From a virus (Duplodnaviria > Heunggongvirae > Uroviricota > Caudoviricetes): DNA of 9,230 nt. The translations under genes were made by a program, and so were the position numbers. Positions 1 to 6,555 of this stretch are shown in pieces. The notes under the pieces were generated by a model that did not search any database, was not told the DNA's origin, and was given only the letters and a program-made list of their open reading frames with translations. The DNA is taken from the IMG/VR virus record IMGVR_UViG_2582580966_000002; one strand, given 5' to 3'. How positions within the stretch are numbered: the stretch's first letter is position 1; each line of letters starts with the position of its first letter.

Positions 1-12
1 CCATGACCTCCT

Positions 13-1296
13 CTATGATATGCGCTGAAATAATCCTGCCTGTCTGATACCCGGAGATGATGTCCATAGCATCGGACCACATGCACGCCACGTGCCCGGT
101 AAACGGGTCTCCCCCACATTACCGGAAGCAACCAGGGGAGTACCATCCGAAAGGCAACATGCAGACAGTGATGAGCCGGCAATGGCTGAGCCCGGTGCCA
201 TATCCCCCGAATAACTCGTCGCATAATATGCCGCAAGGACAAAAGAACCGACACCAAACAGTCCGCTGTCAGGACTTCCTGACGGTCCCTGAGGTCCTGC
301 CGGACCTGCGGCTCCCGTATCTCCTTTTGGCCCCTGAGGCCCTGCCTGACCTGCGGCTCCCGTATCCCCTTTTGGCCCCTGTGGTCCTGCCGGGCCTGCA
401 GCTCCCGTATCTCCCTTTGGCCCCTGAGGTCCTGCCGGACCTGCGGCTCCCGTATCTCCTTTTGGCCCCTGAGGTCCTGCCGGACCTGCGGCTCCCGTAT
501 CTCCTTTTGGCCCCTGAGGTCCTGCCGGGCCTGCAGCTCCCGTATCTCCCTTTGGCCCCTGAGGTCCTGCCGGACCTGCGGCTCCCGTATCTCCTTTTGG
601 CCCCTGAGGCCCTGCCTGACCTGCGGCTCCCGTATCCCCTTTTGGCCCCTGAGGCCCTGCCGGGCCTGCGGCTCCCGTATCCCCTTTTGGCCCCTGAAGC
701 CCTGCCGGGCCTGTATCCCCCTTGTCGCCCTTCGGTCCCAGTGGTCCGCCCGGATCGCCCTGCTCACCTTTCGGACCTGTATCCCCCTTATCGCCCTTGT
801 CACCTTTATCCCCTTTCGGCCCCGGTGGCCCTGCCGGGCCTGTATCGCCCTTGTCCCCCTTCTGTCCCTGTGGACCAGTTGCTCCGGTGTCGCCTTTCAG
901 TCCCTGTGGCCCCACGGCAGTTTCGGCTTTCTCAGCAGCTTCTCGCGCCCTGCGCACAGCCTCATCCGCCGCCGCTTCCAGCTTCTTCAGTGCATCAGGA
1001 TAATACGCTGCATCCGTTTCACGGAGCAGAAAGGCATTCAGGGTGCCCGGTTCGTCGTCGGCCATGACATCAATCTCGCCGGCGCATGCCGGCTGACGAC
1101 CTTCCACGCACAAGGTCACACGATAACGCCCCGGCTCAACCTGCATGCTGTAACTGCCCGTTTCGCCTGGCTGGTGCTCTGCCACCGTGGTGACTATCAC
1201 CGTCTCACTCGTTCGCGTGGCTTTCAGCTCTATGGTGCAGTCCGGTACCGGTTTTCCTGTACCATCCTTCAGCACACCTGAAATCTGTACTGACAT
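13..1296 (-). CDS. stf: Side tail fibre protein: lambda Stf-like N-terminal domain (~110 aa), collagen-like Gly-X-Y repeat region (~210 aa), short C-terminal domain (~90 aa)
   Basis: The N-terminus [43 protein letters not shown]... resembles lambda Stf ([26 protein letters not shown]...). It is followed by uninterrupted GXY triplets ([15 protein letters not shown]...). ATG at 1296-1294 verified; stop TAG at 13-15. Confidence 0.8.
   Translation of the reverse strand: MSVQISGVLKDGTGKPVPDCTIELKATRTSETVIVTTVAEHQPGETGSYSMQVEPGRYRVTLCVEGRQPACAGEIDVMADDEPGTLNAFLLRETDAAYYPDALKKLEAAADEAVRRAREAAEKAETAVGPQGLKGDTGATGPQGQKGDKGDTGPAGPPGPKGDKGDKGDKGDTGPKGEQGDPGGPLGPKGDKGDTGPAGLQGPKGDTGAAGPAGPQGPKGDTGAAGQAGPQGPKGDTGAAGPAGPQGPKGDTGAAGPAGPQGPKGDTGAAGPAGPQGPKGDTGAAGPAGPQGPKGDTGAAGPAGPQGPKGDTGAAGQAGPQGPKGDTGAAGPAGPQGPSGSPDSGLFGVGSFVLAAYYATSYSGDMAPGSAIAGSSLSACCLSDGTPLVASGNVGETRLPGTWRACGPMLWTSSPGIRQAGLFQRIS
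286..690. repeat. Tandem array of nine 45-bp repeats (consensus cccctgaggtcctgccggacctgcggctcccgtatctccttttgg), each encoding a 15-aa collagen-like unit of the tail fibre
   Basis: Copies at 286, 331, 376, 421, 466, 511, 556, 601 and 646, read directly from the sequence. Copies 4, 5 and 7 are identical; copy 2 equals copy 8; copies 3 and 6 differ from each other by one base. More degenerate 9-bp Gly-X-Y periodicity continues to about 910. Confidence 0.95.
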
Positions 1297-2069
1297 ATTC
1301 CCCCCACAAAAAAGCCCACCAGAACCGGCGGGCTGTCATAACTCTGTGTTACCTGGCTATGGTAGTTCACCGTCATCTGCTGACCACCAAACTGCTCCGC
1401 ATCCACCTGCATCCCCACAATGGCCGTGTTCGGGTAGCACTGTTTCACATCGATGATTTCGGTGTATGACGACCACAGCGTTCTGTTCTGCAGCTGGTCC
1501 GTGGTGCTGTCCGCCGTCTCCCTGACCATCCGGATGTTAAAGGGGCGGGGAGGCAGATTATCCAGAATCACCGAGGCCAGGAACTGTGAGGTGGTCTTGC
1601 CGTTAATGGTGACATCCTTTTCTGTCACCCAGTTACCGTTACGCTGTAACTGAATCAGCAGACGGACAGAGGACGGATTACGGTCACCCTTTGACGTGGT
1701 CTCCACCAGTGACTGCACCCCGAAGGTCACCCGCAGGCGGTCAATGTTCGCTGACGTAATGGTGCGTGTTACCGGTTTTGCCCTGGTCACTTCGACACCC
1801 AGTACAGTTTCAGAGCCGGAGGACTCAAAGCCTTCCGGTGGTGTCTGCTCCTGCTCCCCGGCACGCCAGACCGCGGTCACACCGTGTATCACGGGATTAC
1901 CGTCCGTGTCCGTCAGCGGGGTTTTGTTCACCAGAATACTCTGCAGGCTTTTCACCGGGCCTTCTATCGGTCCCTCACCAATCGCATCAATCACGCTCAT
2001 CATCTGCGTGGATTTGAGATTGTCTTTCGCCTCACGAGGCGTGTGTGCCTTACCGCCACCTTTTCCCAT
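1269..2069 (-). pseudogene. J: Tail tip / host-specificity protein gpJ, N-terminal fragment only (~237 native codons of ~1130), then 29 codons of non-J sequence
   Basis: MGKGGGKAHTPREAKDNLKSTQMMSVIDAIGEGPIEGP...NLPPRPFNIRM...CYPNTAIVGMQVDAEQFGGQQ matches the lambda gpJ N-terminus. The remaining reading frame crosses the stf terminator and start codon and stops at 1269-1271. The ATG at 2069 is preceded by GGGAAGG. Confidence 0.85.
1308..1334 (-). terminator. Intrinsic terminator immediately upstream of the stf start (minus-strand stem AGCCCGCC/GGTGGGCT, loop GGTTCT, T6 tract)
   Basis: Minus-strand sequence agcccgccggttctggtgggctttttt read off the reverse complement of 1308-1334. The stem is 8 bp including one G-U pair. 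It is followed by GTGGGGGGAAT and the stf ATG. Confidence 0.55.
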
Positions 2070-2172
2070 ACAGCCTTCCCCTGAATAAATTAACCGCCAC
2101 TTGCCATTCCGTACAGAAGTCGGATATCCTTCGCCCGAAAAGCATGAAACACATTTCTGCCATGCTAAAGAG

Positions 2173-2202
2173 AAACCCCGGTATCAGCAGATACCGGGGT
2201 TT
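2173..2202. terminator. Bidirectional intrinsic terminator-like hairpin: perfect 12-bp stem AAACCCCGGTAT/ATACCGGGGTTT, 6-nt loop CAGCAG
   Basis: Perfect inverted repeat at 2173-2184 and 2191-2202. It is followed by TCTTTC on the plus strand and by TTTCTCTTT on the minus strand, so it could terminate in both directions. Confidence 0.6.
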
Positions 2203-2274
2203 TCTTTCATGCCCACCGATAATCCTGTTGGTTAAAACCGGTAATGGCATAAAAATTCTGAATATCTTCACATT

Positions 2275-2302
2275 TTCACAAACTGACCGTGGCGCGTATA
2301 AT
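2275..2302 (+). promoter_or_regulatory. Sigma70-type promoter: -35 TTCACA (2275-2280), 16-bp spacer, -10 TATAAT (2297-2302); AT-rich UP-like tract upstream (2246-2268)
   Basis: Hexamers read directly from the sequence: a perfect consensus -10 and a 5/6 match at -35. Predicted transcription start around 2309-2311. Confidence 0.6.
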
Positions 2303-2308
2303 TTCTCT

Positions 2309-2405
2309 GCGTTAATTTTTTTTTCGTGATATAAGAATAATTCCTTACACTTAATCTTCGTAACTCTCCCGCAGTTCCTGTCCGCGATCACTGCGGGATT
2401 TTTTT
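2309..2405 (+). ncRNA. Candidate small non-coding RNA (~95 nt) from the promoter at 2275-2302 to the terminator at 2367-2405
   Basis: Strong promoter and intrinsic terminator about 100 bp apart on the same strand. The interval has no plausible ORF (only GTG-ATA-TAA), is AU-rich, and ends in a hairpin plus U-tail, as Hfq-dependent sRNAs typically do. It runs opposite to all flanking phage genes. Confidence 0.45.
2367..2405 (+). terminator. Intrinsic terminator: 9-bp perfect stem TCCCGCAGT/ACTGCGGGA (2367-2375 / 2390-2398), 14-nt loop, T7 tract 2399-2405
   Basis: Read directly from the sequence. The T-tract is only on the plus-strand side, so it is unidirectional. The loop is longer than in typical terminators. 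Confidence 0.6.
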
Positions 2406-2412
2406 ATTCTTT

Positions 2413-3042
2413 TTACCCCTGCCGCCCGATAACCACGACCTTTCCGCCCCCGCCTTCATCACGGGTGCTGATGTCCTGGGATATACGGCGGGAGCCAACC
2501 AGCATTTCCCCGTAAGGCACCGGCATCGGGTTCCCCTGGGCAATCATGTTATCCAGCGAGGAAAAGTACGTGTTCTGTCTGCCGTTATCCGTTGCGCGGT
2601 AATCCGGTGTTTTTGCCTTCGGGGCCAGCATCTGGGCCACACCGCCCAGTATCATGCTGGCACCCAGTGAAAACAGCATCGTGGTGGCAGAAAAACCACC
2701 GGCACTCAGGGCTGTACCCCATAACGCCATCGAGCCTCCGGCCGTGAAGAAAGAGCCCACGATGGCTGCCGCCCCCAACACAATCTGCAGTCCACCCTTT
2801 CCGGCCCCGGCCAGTCGCGGCACAATGTGGATGACCGTTCCCTCACCCAGCTGTTCGTGAAGGCGGGCGTACACCACCTCCGGTGCCGTGTCTTCACCGG
2901 CAATACGTATCTGGTACCAGCCTTCGTTCATCTGAAGGCGAAAGCCCGGCATCTGCATCGACAGGGCGCGAATGGCTTCCGCTGCCGTGTTCACATACAG
3001 GCTGAGGCGGCGGCCAAATCGTTGTAAATCCCCGTGGTTGCC
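2413..3042 (-). pseudogene. I: Tail assembly protein gpI lacking its native N-terminus (~20 codons) and start codon
   Basis: ORF 2413..3078: ...GDLQRFGRRLSLYVNTAAEAIRAL...QNTYFSSLDNMIAQGN...GGGKVVVIGRQG matches lambda gpI from about residue 21 to the end. The first 15 residues of the track ORF (MMVEAVISGSTVGNH) are FII DNA in another frame. Confidence 0.85.
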
Positions 3043-3364
3043 CACGGTTGAGCCAGAGATAACAGCTTCCACCATCATCCGGCGAAACCCGGTCTATCCA
3101 GAAGTTTTCCTCACCGATGGTCAGCGTGTCTCCACGCCGCAGTTGCCGCACATCATCAGTCCGGACAAACAGGGACGGGCTGGAGCCTTCAACGCGCACG
3201 CCCTGTCCGGCATAGCTGATATTTTCAGGGTCATCAAAAACACCACGTATTACTGCGCCGGACTGCTCACCGGATGTCATGGTGGCTGACGTTCCCATGT
3301 ACCCGCGTATCGTTTCATCGGCGCGGGCAATGGCAGCATCGAACAGGTTATCGAAATCAGCCAC
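2894..3364 (-). pseudogene. FII: Head-tail connector gpFII with altered C-terminus: native residues 1 to ~108, then read-through into I-derived DNA in the wrong frame (48 foreign residues)
   Basis: ORF begins MADFDNLFDAAIARADETIRGYMGTSAT...DRVSPDDGGSCYLWLNRG, matching lambda gpFII (117 aa) up to about residue 108; the following sequence QPRGFTTIWPPPQPV... is not FII. Junction lies near 3037-3042. Confidence 0.8.
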
Positions 3365-3375
3365 AGCGCCTCCCG

Positions 3376-3771
3376 TTATTGCATTCTGGCCAGGCCGCGC
3401 TCTGTCATTTCAGCTGCCACACCGGCAGAGACACGGAACGCCGTTCCCGGCAGCACAAATGCCACAGTGTCATCCCGCGTGGCGTGAAGTGCATCAGTAT
3501 GCAGCGTCACCAGTGCCACGACCGTGACCAGAGCAGCCGTATCAATCACGGTATCCGGCTGCGCTGATACCACCTCATTTTCATGTCCGGTCAGCGCATT
3601 TTCCGGGCTGACAGATGTGTCCTGACCGGCAGCGTCATCCGTGTCATCAAGCTCCTCTTCCAGCTCTGCCACACGGAGCACCAGTTCTTCTTTCGTCCCC
3701 GTCAGGCTGACATCACGGTTCAGTTGCTCACCCAGCACCTGAAGACGGGCAATCAGTTCATCTTTCGTCAT
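3376..3771 (-). CDS. FI: DNA packaging / head completion protein gpFI
   Basis: Within ORF 3376..3810, MTKDELIARLQVLGEQLNRDVSLTGTKEEL...AAEMTERGLARMQ matches lambda gpFI; the start is the Met at residue 14 of the track ORF. Confidence 0.88.
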   Translation of the reverse strand: MTKDELIARLQVLGEQLNRDVSLTGTKEELVLRVAELEEELDDTDDAAGQDTSVSPENALTGHENEVVSAQPDTVIDTAALVTVVALVTLHTDALHATRDDTVAFVLPGTAFRVSAGVAAEMTERGLARMQ

Positions 3772-3812
3772 GGACTCCTCCACAGAGAGAAAATGGCCCC
3801 GAAGGGCCATGA

Positions 3813-4838
3813 TTACGCCAGTTGTACGGACACGAACGCATCAGGATCAGCCAGCAGCATCAGCGGTGCTGACTGAATCATGGTGAACTCACGCGCCGGA
3901 TCGCCGGTGGTCACCCAGTTTTTCGGGTAGCGGGCAGAGGCGTTAATACCTTCGCGCTGTGCGTCCGCATCCTGAATGCAGCCATAGGTGCGCAGACCGC
4001 GTGCCTGAGTGTTCCCCAGCACCATCGTGTTGTCCGGCAGGAAGTTCTTTTTGACGTCGTTTTCCACGTACTGTCCGGAATACACGACGATCGCCGTATC
4101 GCCATACATCCCCTTATAGGACACCGCTTCGCCCAGGTCTTTTACCGCTGTCTCCAGCTCGGAATTAGAGCCGCGACGGGTATCCAGCTTCTCCTTGACG
4201 GCTTTGAAGGAACGGAACAGCGCCCAGCCTTTCGGATCAAACACGATGATATTCACCACGCCGCTGGCGTTCAGCGCGTAGGCTTCGATATCGTCGGTCG
4301 GGTCATACGTGGACTTGTCACGCTTGCTCCACTCCGTGCCGCCGGACTGCGTGATGTTGTTCGCCGCACTGCGGCCCATATCCACCTCAACCGGATCGAA
4401 GGCTTCACCGGTCATGGTGTATTTGCCCTTGAGCACGGCAGAAACGGCCTGCATCTCTTCGACCTGAGCAATGGCCAGCTCTTCGTCACGCATGTTCTGC
4501 ATGATGATGCGACGGCGGCGGTAAGTCGGGTCCGCCAGATTCTGCGGATCTTCATCCGGCAGGCGACGCAGGGTCATCTGCGGATTCACTTCATGCTTGG
4601 GTTTGACATATCCCGGCGTAAATTCAGAGGTGGAGCCGCCACGGGAACGGATAACCTCACCGGAAACAATCGGCGAAACGTACAGCGCCATGTTTACCAG
4701 TCCCGGAATTTGTGAGAGATAGACTTTCTCCGTAGTGAAGGGATAGCTCTCACGGAAAAAGAGACGCAGAAACAGCGGATCAAACTTAAATTTCTGCTCA
4801 TTTGCCGCCAGCAGCTGGGCGGTTGTGTACATCGACAT
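3813..4838 (-). CDS. E: Major capsid protein gpE
   Basis: 341-aa ORF MSMYTTAQLLAANEQKFKFDPLFLRLFFRESYPF...DAFVSVQLA matches lambda gpE in length and sequence; ATG at 4838-4836 verified. Confidence 0.93.
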   Translation of the reverse strand: MSMYTTAQLLAANEQKFKFDPLFLRLFFRESYPFTTEKVYLSQIPGLVNMALYVSPIVSGEVIRSRGGSTSEFTPGYVKPKHEVNPQMTLRRLPDEDPQNLADPTYRRRRIIMQNMRDEELAIAQVEEMQAVSAVLKGKYTMTGEAFDPVEVDMGRSAANNITQSGGTEWSKRDKSTYDPTDDIEAYALNASGVVNIIVFDPKGWALFRSFKAVKEKLDTRRGSNSELETAVKDLGEAVSYKGMYGDTAIVVYSGQYVENDVKKNFLPDNTMVLGNTQARGLRTYGCIQDADAQREGINASARYPKNWVTTGDPAREFTMIQSAPLMLLADPDAFVSVQLA

Positions 4839-4893
4839 AAAAAAATCCCGTAAAAAAAGCCGAACAGGCGGCCTTTAGTGATGAAGGGTAAAG

Positions 4894-5226
4894 TTAAACG
4901 ATGCTGATTGCCGTTCCGGCAAACGCGGTCCGTTTTTTCGTCTCGTCGCTGGCAGCCTCCGGCCAGAGCACATCCTCATAACGGAACGTGCCGGACTTGT
5001 AGAACGTCAGCGTGGTGCTGGTCTGGTCAGCAGCAACCGCAAGAATGCCAACGGCAGCACCGTCGGTGGTGCCATCCCACGCAACCAGCTTACGGGTGGA
5101 GGTGTCCAGCATCAGCGGGGTCATTGCAGGCGCTTTCGCACTCAATCCGCCGGGCGCGGTTGCGGTATGAGCCGGGTCACTGTTGCCCAGCGGCTGGTAA
5201 TGGGTAAAGGTTTCTTTGCTCGTCAT
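4894..5226 (-). CDS. D: Head decoration protein gpD
   Basis: [27 protein letters not shown]...[10 protein letters not shown], 110 aa, matches lambda gpD. The track ORF starts two codons upstream (MFM...). Confidence 0.92.
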   Translation of the reverse strand: MTSKETFTHYQPLGNSDPAHTATAPGGLSAKAPAMTPLMLDTSTRKLVAWDGTTDGAAVGILAVAADQTSTTLTFYKSGTFRYEDVLWPEAASDETKKRTAFAGTAISIV

Positions 5227-5235
5227 AAACATCCC

Positions 5236-5841
5236 TTACACTGGTGTGTTCAGCAAATCGTTAACGGCATCAGATGCCAGGTTACCTGCAGCCAGCGGTG
5301 CCGGTGCCCCCTGCATCAGACGATCCAGCGCAGTATCACTGCGCGCCTGTGCACTCTGTGGTGCTGCGGCCAGAATGCGGCGGGCCGTTTCCACGGTCAT
5401 ACCGGGGGGTTCTGCCAGCACGCGGGCCTGTTCTTCGCGTCCGTGAGCCTCCTCACAGTTGAGGATCCCCATAATGCGGCTGTTTTCTGCCGCAACCGCA
5501 GCGTTGATCTGCGCGTTCACGTCCGGCTGCGCCGCGCTGGCGTTTTCGCCCTCCATCGCTGGCACCACGCCAGTAACGTCAGCCTGCGAAGCAGTGGCTG
5601 AAACAGTTGTTGATTGAGTCTCTTTGGTCATTCGCCCTCCTGAGAGACGGGATTTACGTGCATCCAGTGCATCACGCATGATGGTGATCGCATCGGTACT
5701 GTTAACAAGTTCATCAGCCAGTCCGGCATCAATGGCCTCCTGACCGCTGTACACTGCAGCCTCGGTATCCAGCACAGCCTGCACGGACAGGCCGGTATAT
5801 GCCGACACCTTCTGTGCAAACATCCGGCGGGTTGCATCCAT
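5236..5841 (-). CDS. Nu3: Scaffolding protein Nu3, in-frame internal start within C
   Basis: ATG at 5841-5839 (verified on the sequence) begins MDATRRMFAQKVSAYTGLSVQ... in the C frame; 201 codons to the shared stop, as for lambda Nu3. Confidence 0.75.
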   Translation of the reverse strand: MDATRRMFAQKVSAYTGLSVQAVLDTEAAVYSGQEAIDAGLADELVNSTDAITIMRDALDARKSRLSGGRMTKETQSTTVSATASQADVTGVVPAMEGENASAAQPDVNAQINAAVAAENSRIMGILNCEEAHGREEQARVLAEPPGMTVETARRILAAAPQSAQARSDTALDRLMQGAPAPLAAGNLASDAVNDLLNTPV

Positions 5842-6555
5842 CCGGGACTGCAGTGTTTCCCGGACATCATCCGGTAGATGGCTGTAGGGGTTGCCATCCA
5901 CCTTATGGCTGCCGCTGTAAATCAGCGTGATTTCCACGCCCTGTTTCTCCAGCGCAGCACCGTAATTACTGTGAGCCATCATGACGCCGATGGAGCCTGT
6001 CCGGGCGGTCTGCGTGACCAGACGCCGGGAGGCGGCACTGGCAAGCAGCTGACCTGCGCTGCAGTTCATGTCATTGGCCAGCGCCCATACCGGCTTTATG
6101 TCACGCACACGGGCGATGATGTCAGCGCAGTCAAATGCCCCTGCCACCATTCCGCCGGGCGTGTCCATATCCAGCAGAATGCCGTCCACCATCGGGTCGC
6201 TGGCAGCCTGTTGCAGACGGGCGATAATGCCGTTGTAACCAGTCATCCCCGAATACGGCTGCAGCGCCCGCGTCCGGCAGACCAGCGTGCCGGAAACCGG
6301 CAGCACGGCGATGCCGTTCATGACCTGATAACTGCGGGCCTGTCGTGGTCCGTCATCATTAACGGATAACGCCAGCTTCGCGGGTGCCTCTCCGGCAGTC
6401 AGGCTGTCACCGGACACCGCATCCGTCAGGCGGCTGATCCCAAGCTGGCCTGCAAGCGCACAAAAGAAAACCCGCGCATAGGCGGGTTCAAGCATAAGCG
6501 GCTCATTAAAGGCCATGCTGGCAATATGCGGGAGATTACGCAGCTCTGCTGTCAC
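5236..6555 (-). CDS. C: Head maturation protease / scaffold processing protein gpC
   Basis: ORF 5236..6690 contains VTAELRNLPHIASMAFNEPLMLEPAYARVFF...AVNDLLNTPV, matching lambda gpC (439 aa). The native start is the GTG at 6555-6553, giving 439 codons and a 20-nt overlap with the B stop; the upstream part of the track ORF is B read in another frame. Confidence 0.9.
   Translation of the reverse strand: MTAELRNLPHIASMAFNEPLMLEPAYARVFFCALAGQLGISRLTDAVSGDSLTAGEAPAKLALSVNDDGPRQARSYQVMNGIAVLPVSGTLVCRTRALQPYSGMTGYNGIIARLQQAASDPMVDGILLDMDTPGGMVAGAFDCADIIARVRDIKPVWALANDMNCSAGQLLASAASRRLVTQTARTGSIGVMMAHSNYGAALEKQGVEITLIYSGSHKVDGNPYSHLPDDVRETLQSRMDATRRMFAQKVSAYTGLSVQAVLDTEAAVYSGQEAIDAGLADELVNSTDAITIMRDALDARKSRLSGGRMTKETQSTTVSATASQADVTGVVPAMEGENASAAQPDVNAQINAAVAAENSRIMGILNCEEAHGREEQARVLAEPPGMTVETARRILAAAPQSAQARSDTALDRLMQGAPAPLAAGNLASDAVNDLLNTPV

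Noticed and set aside
286-690. Possible CRISPR array, given regularly spaced 45-bp repeats
   Set aside because: The repeats are directly contiguous with no spacers, lie inside a coding frame, and encode Gly-X-Y triplets; this is a coding tandem repeat.
57-1067. Long plus-strand ORFs (57..1067, 722..1003) antisense to the tail-fibre gene
   Set aside because: They lie across the 45-bp and 9-bp periodic repeats, where all frames tend to stay open and translate into proline/leucine-rich low-complexity sequence. The minus-strand frame gives a coherent Stf-like protein.
1269-1320. Apparent lom/OmpX-like C-terminus (...[12 protein letters not shown]) at the end of the J-fragment ORF
   Set aside because: Hand translation shows this is the stf terminator T-tract and the stf start codon region read in another frame; the resemblance to a beta-barrel C-terminal motif is coincidental.
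2045-2391. ORFs 2045..2329 (+) and 2050..2391 (-) in the I-J insert
   Set aside because: Both run straight through the perfect 12-bp hairpin and the promoter and terminator elements, have no convincing ribosome-binding site, and translate to low-complexity sequence. The region is better explained as non-coding.
4839-4893. Weak hairpin plus T-run in the D-E intergenic region
   Set aside because: Only about 4 bp of G-C stem; this region most likely just carries the E ribosome-binding site, as in lambda where D and E are co-transcribed.
5878-6369. Plus-strand ORFs antisense to C, B and A (for example 5878..6369, 5167..5601, 8042..8518, 8846..9163)
   Set aside because: These are antisense frames within GC-rich genes that match lambda proteins on the other strand; they are rich in Arg, Cys and His as expected for spurious antisense translation.
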